DNA of 64,000 bases from positions 1,632,001-1,696,000 of the forward strand of contig CAVWPA010000003.1 in NCBI GenBank assembly GCA_963756875.1, in the 5' to 3' direction. Both the position numbers and the translations under genes were made by a program. The notes below the pieces were generated by a model. It was not told the DNA's origin and did no database searches. It worked only from the letters and a program-made list of their open reading frames with translations. Source of the DNA: an uncultured Verrucomicrobiae bacterium. Its GTDB lineage: Bacteria; Verrucomicrobiota; Verrucomicrobiia; Chthoniobacterales; UBA10450. Below, one piece after another: positions 60,306-64,000 of the stretch; positions within the stretch are counted from its first letter, which is position 1; the number at the start of each line of letters is the position of its first letter.

Positions 60306-60417
60306 GGCAAGCGCTCCGCTTGCCTGTTTCGTAGAGCGACAGGCGGTGCGCCTGCCCTACAACGGCTGCCGGGGTTGCACATCCGCGCAGCGCTTCCCAG
60401 AGGGAAGCGGCTACAGT
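60301..60417. repeat. REP cluster of the family flanking the RAYT at 9531
   Basis: tgtagggcaagcgctccgcttgcc...caggcggtgcgcctgccctacaacggc. Confidence 0.85.
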
Positions 60418-60457
60418 TTTAGCGGCGCCGGTGGAACGCGCAGTCCCTTGCGCGTTG

Positions 60458-61450
60458 CTAATTGACTGGCGGCGAGGCTGCCACTTGTTTTGGCATCGCC
60501 CTCGGAGAGGCCGATCCATCTGCCCCCCGCTTCGGCAAGTCGGGATCGAGGAAGCCAAGCATGTGCGCACGCTTGATCGTGCGGACGCCTTCCTTTTTTT
60601 GCAGCTCAGTGATGCTCCGGCGAAACGTTTCCATCTTGATCCAATGCACTTTCGGCCGGAAATGGTGCTCGGCGTGGTAGCCGTTGTAGAAAAAGAGCCA
60701 ATTATAAATTTTGCCGTAGCTGCTTACGCCCCATGCAATCGGTTTGTCCGGATTCGCGCCGTAATGCCGGTAGTAGCCGTTCAGATAACTAAAGCAGTGA
60801 CCAAGATAAAAGAACGGCAGGAAAAAGAGCATGAAACGCCAGTTGATGAAGTGGATTGGATTCGTGGGTACGATCAGCGCCATCGTAAGAAGGGCCGTCA
60901 CAAACGCGGCAAGTTCGGCGTTGCCCCATAGCAATTCCGTGCGGCCGCGCTTGGCCAGTTCGCGCTTGATCACGCCGGGATTATCGCGAAAGAAGCCCAG
61001 GAAAACATAAGCCCAGGGATTCTCGGCTTCGCCGTCATGGCCGTGGCGGTAGATCGACAACCAGTCGATAGTATCGCCATTCTCATCCTGCCGGTCCGAA
61101 TTGCCCTTATGATGCTGCATGTGAACGACATCGTAGTAGGTCTGCGAAAAACAACAGGCGATCGACTGGGTAATTCCGAACAAGTGGTTGAGGAGCGTGG
61201 AGCGGAAGAACGGGTTATGAATGAAATTATGACCCACGCCGTTGATGTTGGCGTTGACCATCAGGGAATAGATGAATCCGAGGATCAGCATTATCCAGAG
61301 GGGCGCGTGGGGGAAAAGGAAGTAGAGGCCGAACAAATAGACGAGATGAAACAGGCCGGCCAGGGCGGGGACCGCGTCCCAGCGGGTATGGGCAAAAAGC
61401 CTGGAATTCGTCGTCGGGCGCTCAACTGGAATAACGTCGGCGGCAGTCAT
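60458..61450 (-). CDS. Fatty acid desaturase family protein
   Basis: Three His boxes HNFIH, HMQHH and HAEHH with TM segments. Confidence 0.88.
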   Translation of the reverse strand: MTAADVIPVERPTTNSRLFAHTRWDAVPALAGLFHLVYLFGLYFLFPHAPLWIMLILGFIYSLMVNANINGVGHNFIHNPFFRSTLLNHLFGITQSIACCFSQTYYDVVHMQHHKGNSDRQDENGDTIDWLSIYRHGHDGEAENPWAYVFLGFFRDNPGVIKRELAKRGRTELLWGNAELAAFVTALLTMALIVPTNPIHFINWRFMLFFLPFFYLGHCFSYLNGYYRHYGANPDKPIAWGVSSYGKIYNWLFFYNGYHAEHHFRPKVHWIKMETFRRSITELQKKEGVRTIKRAHMLGFLDPDLPKRGADGSASPRAMPKQVAASPPVN

Positions 61451-61554
61451 AAGCTAGGGGATCAGAAGCGAGAAATTAATCGCGGAAAAAACGGGTCTTG
61501 GCAAGTTTTGAAGATTGCCAACGTCATTCGCGCACGCCTAAGTTAGCTGCCCAA

Positions 61555-62520
61555 ATGTTTGCGCGTCAGCCCGAAATGAAGGTCTTTAGCGGCTCAGCGA
61601 ACCTCGAGCTCGCGAAACGCATCTGTAATTATATCGGCGTCGCGCTCGGAGAAGCGACGATCAGCTCGTTTCCCGACGGCGAGACCTACGTCAAGATCGA
61701 GGAAAACATCCGCGGTCGCGACGTTTTTATTATTCAGCCGACCTGTCCGCCAACGAATCAACATTTGATGGAGCTGCTCATCATGGTGGATGCCGCCCGG
61801 CGCGCCAGTGCGGACCGGATCACGGCTGTTATTCCGTTTTTTGGGTATGCCCGGCAGGACCGTAAAGACCAGCCGCGCGTCCCGATTACCGCGAAACTGG
61901 TGGCCAATCTTCTCGTGGCGTCCGGTGTGCACCGGGTGCTGACGATGGATTTGCATGCGCAGCAGGTGCAGGGGTTTTTCGACATCCCGGTGGATCACCT
62001 CTATTCGCTACCGGTTTTGATCAAATACCTTCGTCAGCGGCTTACTCGAAAGACAGTGGTCGTTTCCCCGGACGTGGGCGGGTTGAAAATGGCCTCGGCG
62101 TATTCGCACGCTTTAGGGGCAGGCCTGGCGATCGTGGCGAAGCAGCGCAAGAGCGCCACCGAAACGGAAGCGCTCTACCTGATTGGCGATGTTGAGGACT
62201 CCGACGTGCTCCTGGTGGACGACCTTACCGAGACAGCTGGCACATTGACATCGGCGGCGGAACTGCTGCGAAAACGCGGTGCCCTGAAGATTTATGCGGG
62301 TGTTTCGCACGCCGTTCTGGTCGACGTTGCGATTCCGCGGTTGCAAAAGTCGAAAATCGAGGAATTAATTACTACGAACAGCACGCCTGTGCGGCCGGTG
62401 GAAGGGTTTAAAACCACGGTGCTTTGCGTCTCCGAGATGCTCGGGGAGGGGATGAAGCGGATTCACAACGCTGAATCTGTGTCGTCGCTGTTCAAGATCG
62501 ACGAGGAAGCAAATGGCTAA
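61555..62520 (+). CDS. prs: Ribose-phosphate pyrophosphokinase
   Basis: FPDGE, GYARQDRK, DLHAQQ, SPDVGG, VDDLTETAGT. Confidence 0.96.
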   Translation: MFARQPEMKVFSGSANLELAKRICNYIGVALGEATISSFPDGETYVKIEENIRGRDVFIIQPTCPPTNQHLMELLIMVDAARRASADRITAVIPFFGYARQDRKDQPRVPITAKLVANLLVASGVHRVLTMDLHAQQVQGFFDIPVDHLYSLPVLIKYLRQRLTRKTVVVSPDVGGLKMASAYSHALGAGLAIVAKQRKSATETEALYLIGDVEDSDVLLVDDLTETAGTLTSAAELLRKRGALKIYAGVSHAVLVDVAIPRLQKSKIEELITTNSTPVRPVEGFKTTVLCVSEMLGEGMKRIHNAESVSSLFKIDEEANG

Positions 62521-63235
62521 ACAAGTTAAACTTAAGGCGGAACCCCGCACCGCGACCGGACGCTCGGCTGTGCGCAAATTGAAGGCGCGCGGCATTGTTC
62601 CGGCAATCATTTATGGTGGTAAGGAAAAAGCGCAATCGCTGCAACTTTCCGCCCGCGACATCAACGTGATGCTCAGTCATGCGTCGGGTGAGAACATTTT
62701 GGTTGAGCTCGAGATTGATGGGGAGAAAGCGAAACGAACCGCGCTGGTTCAGGAAGTCCAGCATTCGCCTCTGGGCGGCGATGTGATGCACGTCGATTTT
62801 CACGCTGTCTCGATGGATGAAACCATTGAGGCCGATGTGCCATTGGAGCCGACCGGCACGGCTACCGGGGTGAAGAATTTCGGAGGCTTGCTCGAACAGA
62901 ATTTACGTGTCCTTTCCGTGGAGTGTCTGCCGGCAGATCTGCCCGACCGGATCACCGTCGATATCTCTGCGCTCAATATCGGCGATTCCATTCATGTGCG
63001 GGACATTCCATTGCCGCCTCGGGTCACTTTAAAGGTGCACCCGGATCTGACCGCGTTCTCCGTTGTCGCGCCAGTGGTGGAAGAGGAGCCGGTTGCCGCT
63101 GCGACCGAAGCTGTGGCTGCCGGGCCGGAAGTGATCAAGGAAAAGAAGGAAGAGGGCGAGGCTGCCGCACCGGGAGCGAAAGAGGGTTCTTCCAAAGAAA
63201 AAGCTGCTCCGAAGGAAAAAGAGCAGAAGAAATAA
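62513..63235 (+). CDS. rplY: 50S ribosomal protein L25/Ctc
   Basis: VPAIIYG, HVDF, LNIGDSIHVRD. Confidence 0.95.
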   Translation: MAKQVKLKAEPRTATGRSAVRKLKARGIVPAIIYGGKEKAQSLQLSARDINVMLSHASGENILVELEIDGEKAKRTALVQEVQHSPLGGDVMHVDFHAVSMDETIEADVPLEPTGTATGVKNFGGLLEQNLRVLSVECLPADLPDRITVDISALNIGDSIHVRDIPLPPRVTLKVHPDLTAFSVVAPVVEEEPVAAATEAVAAGPEVIKEKKEEGEAAAPGAKEGSSKEKAAPKEKEQKK

Positions 63236-63283
63236 TTGGAACTGCGCTGGTGGCTCGCTCGCTCCGCGACGCGATGTTAAGCA

Positions 63284-63874
63284 ATGGCGGAGGCCACAAA
63301 TTCATCGGCGCAGGTTCGCCTGGTTGCAGGTTTGGGTAATCCCGGCCCGGAGTACGCTGCGGCCCGCCACAACGTTGGCTTTCTGGTCGTGGACCGGCTC
63401 GCGGCACAACTGGGAGTAACCTGGCAAAAATCGGCGAAGTGGGGAGCGGTTACTGCAAAGTCGGGAAATGCCCTTCTCATTAAGCCAATGACTTATATGA
63501 ACCGCAGCGGCGAACCCCTGCGAGCGGTAGCGGATTTTTACAAGATCGGGCCCTCGGAAATTCTTGTTGTGCTGGACGACCTCGCATTGCCGCTGGGGCG
63601 CGTCCGGCTGCGCGCCGAAGGCGGTACAGGTGGTCACAACGGCATGGAATCGATTCTGGCTCATTTTGGCACGGAACAGGTGCCGCGACTGCGTATCGGG
63701 ATCGGGGCCGCGCCGCGCGAAGGAGCGACAGATTACGTGCTGGGTCAGTTTTTCGATGAAGAGAAGCCGCTGGTCAGGTCCGCGGTCGATCGCGCGGTCG
63801 AGGCGGTGAAATGCGCGATTGACAAAGGCCTTGTTTCCGCGATGAACACTTTCAACAAAACCGAAGAAACATGA
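63284..63874 (+). CDS. pth: Peptidyl-tRNA hydrolase
   Basis: GLGNPG, RHNVGF, KPMTYMNRSG, GGHNG, RLRIGIG. Confidence 0.96.
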   Translation: MAEATNSSAQVRLVAGLGNPGPEYAAARHNVGFLVVDRLAAQLGVTWQKSAKWGAVTAKSGNALLIKPMTYMNRSGEPLRAVADFYKIGPSEILVVLDDLALPLGRVRLRAEGGTGGHNGMESILAHFGTEQVPRLRIGIGAAPREGATDYVLGQFFDEEKPLVRSAVDRAVEAVKCAIDKGLVSAMNTFNKTEET

Positions 63875-64000
63875 AAAATCGCTACGAAGCGCTAATCGTC
63901 CTTAACACGCAGGGCAAGGAAGAGACGGTCAAGGACATTGTCGACCGACTCGAATCCGAGTTTCAAAAAGAAGGCGCCGAGATCGAGCTGATCCAAAAGA
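63871..64000 (+). CDS. rpsF: 30S ribosomal protein S6, 5' part
   Basis: MKNRYEALIVLNTQGKEETVKDIVDRLESEFQKEGA; follows pth. Confidence 0.85.
   Translation, partial: MKNRYEALIVLNTQGKEETVKDIVDRLESEFQKEGAEIELIQK

Overview
Chromosomal segment of a moderately GC-rich bacterium. Gene content (an Amuc_1098/1099-like pilus locus, coaE-rho, DUF2017, H-X9-DG prepilin) points to Verrucomicrobiota, probably Chthoniobacterales/'Ca. Udaeobacter'-like; this is an inference. Housekeeping genes include coaE, rho, rnd, moeB, rpmI, ndh, panE, ybeY, clpS, treS-maltokinase, fabI, nadE, rpmH, an M1 aminopeptidase, an ECF sigma/anti-sigma pair, rlmN and prs-rplY-pth-rpsF, plus SRP RNA and tRNA-Lys(CTT). The main candidate for a new system is a 13.4-kb operon (14180-27597). 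It encodes five signal-peptide-bearing FecR-domain paralogues, three fused to modular Gly/Asn/Thr-rich beta-helix-like passengers with shared caps, and one small outer-membrane beta-barrel, with no sigma factor or TonB receptor nearby. The second theme is a dense set of small mobile DNA: two RAYT transposases, many GTAG-type REP doublets, and IS903-like MITEs with 9-bp target duplications that carry REP cargo (one nested in another MITE). A 78-bp REP array is translated as the N-terminal extension of Rho. Several single-base frameshifts, clustered at 2.6-7.6 kb, may be sequencing errors.
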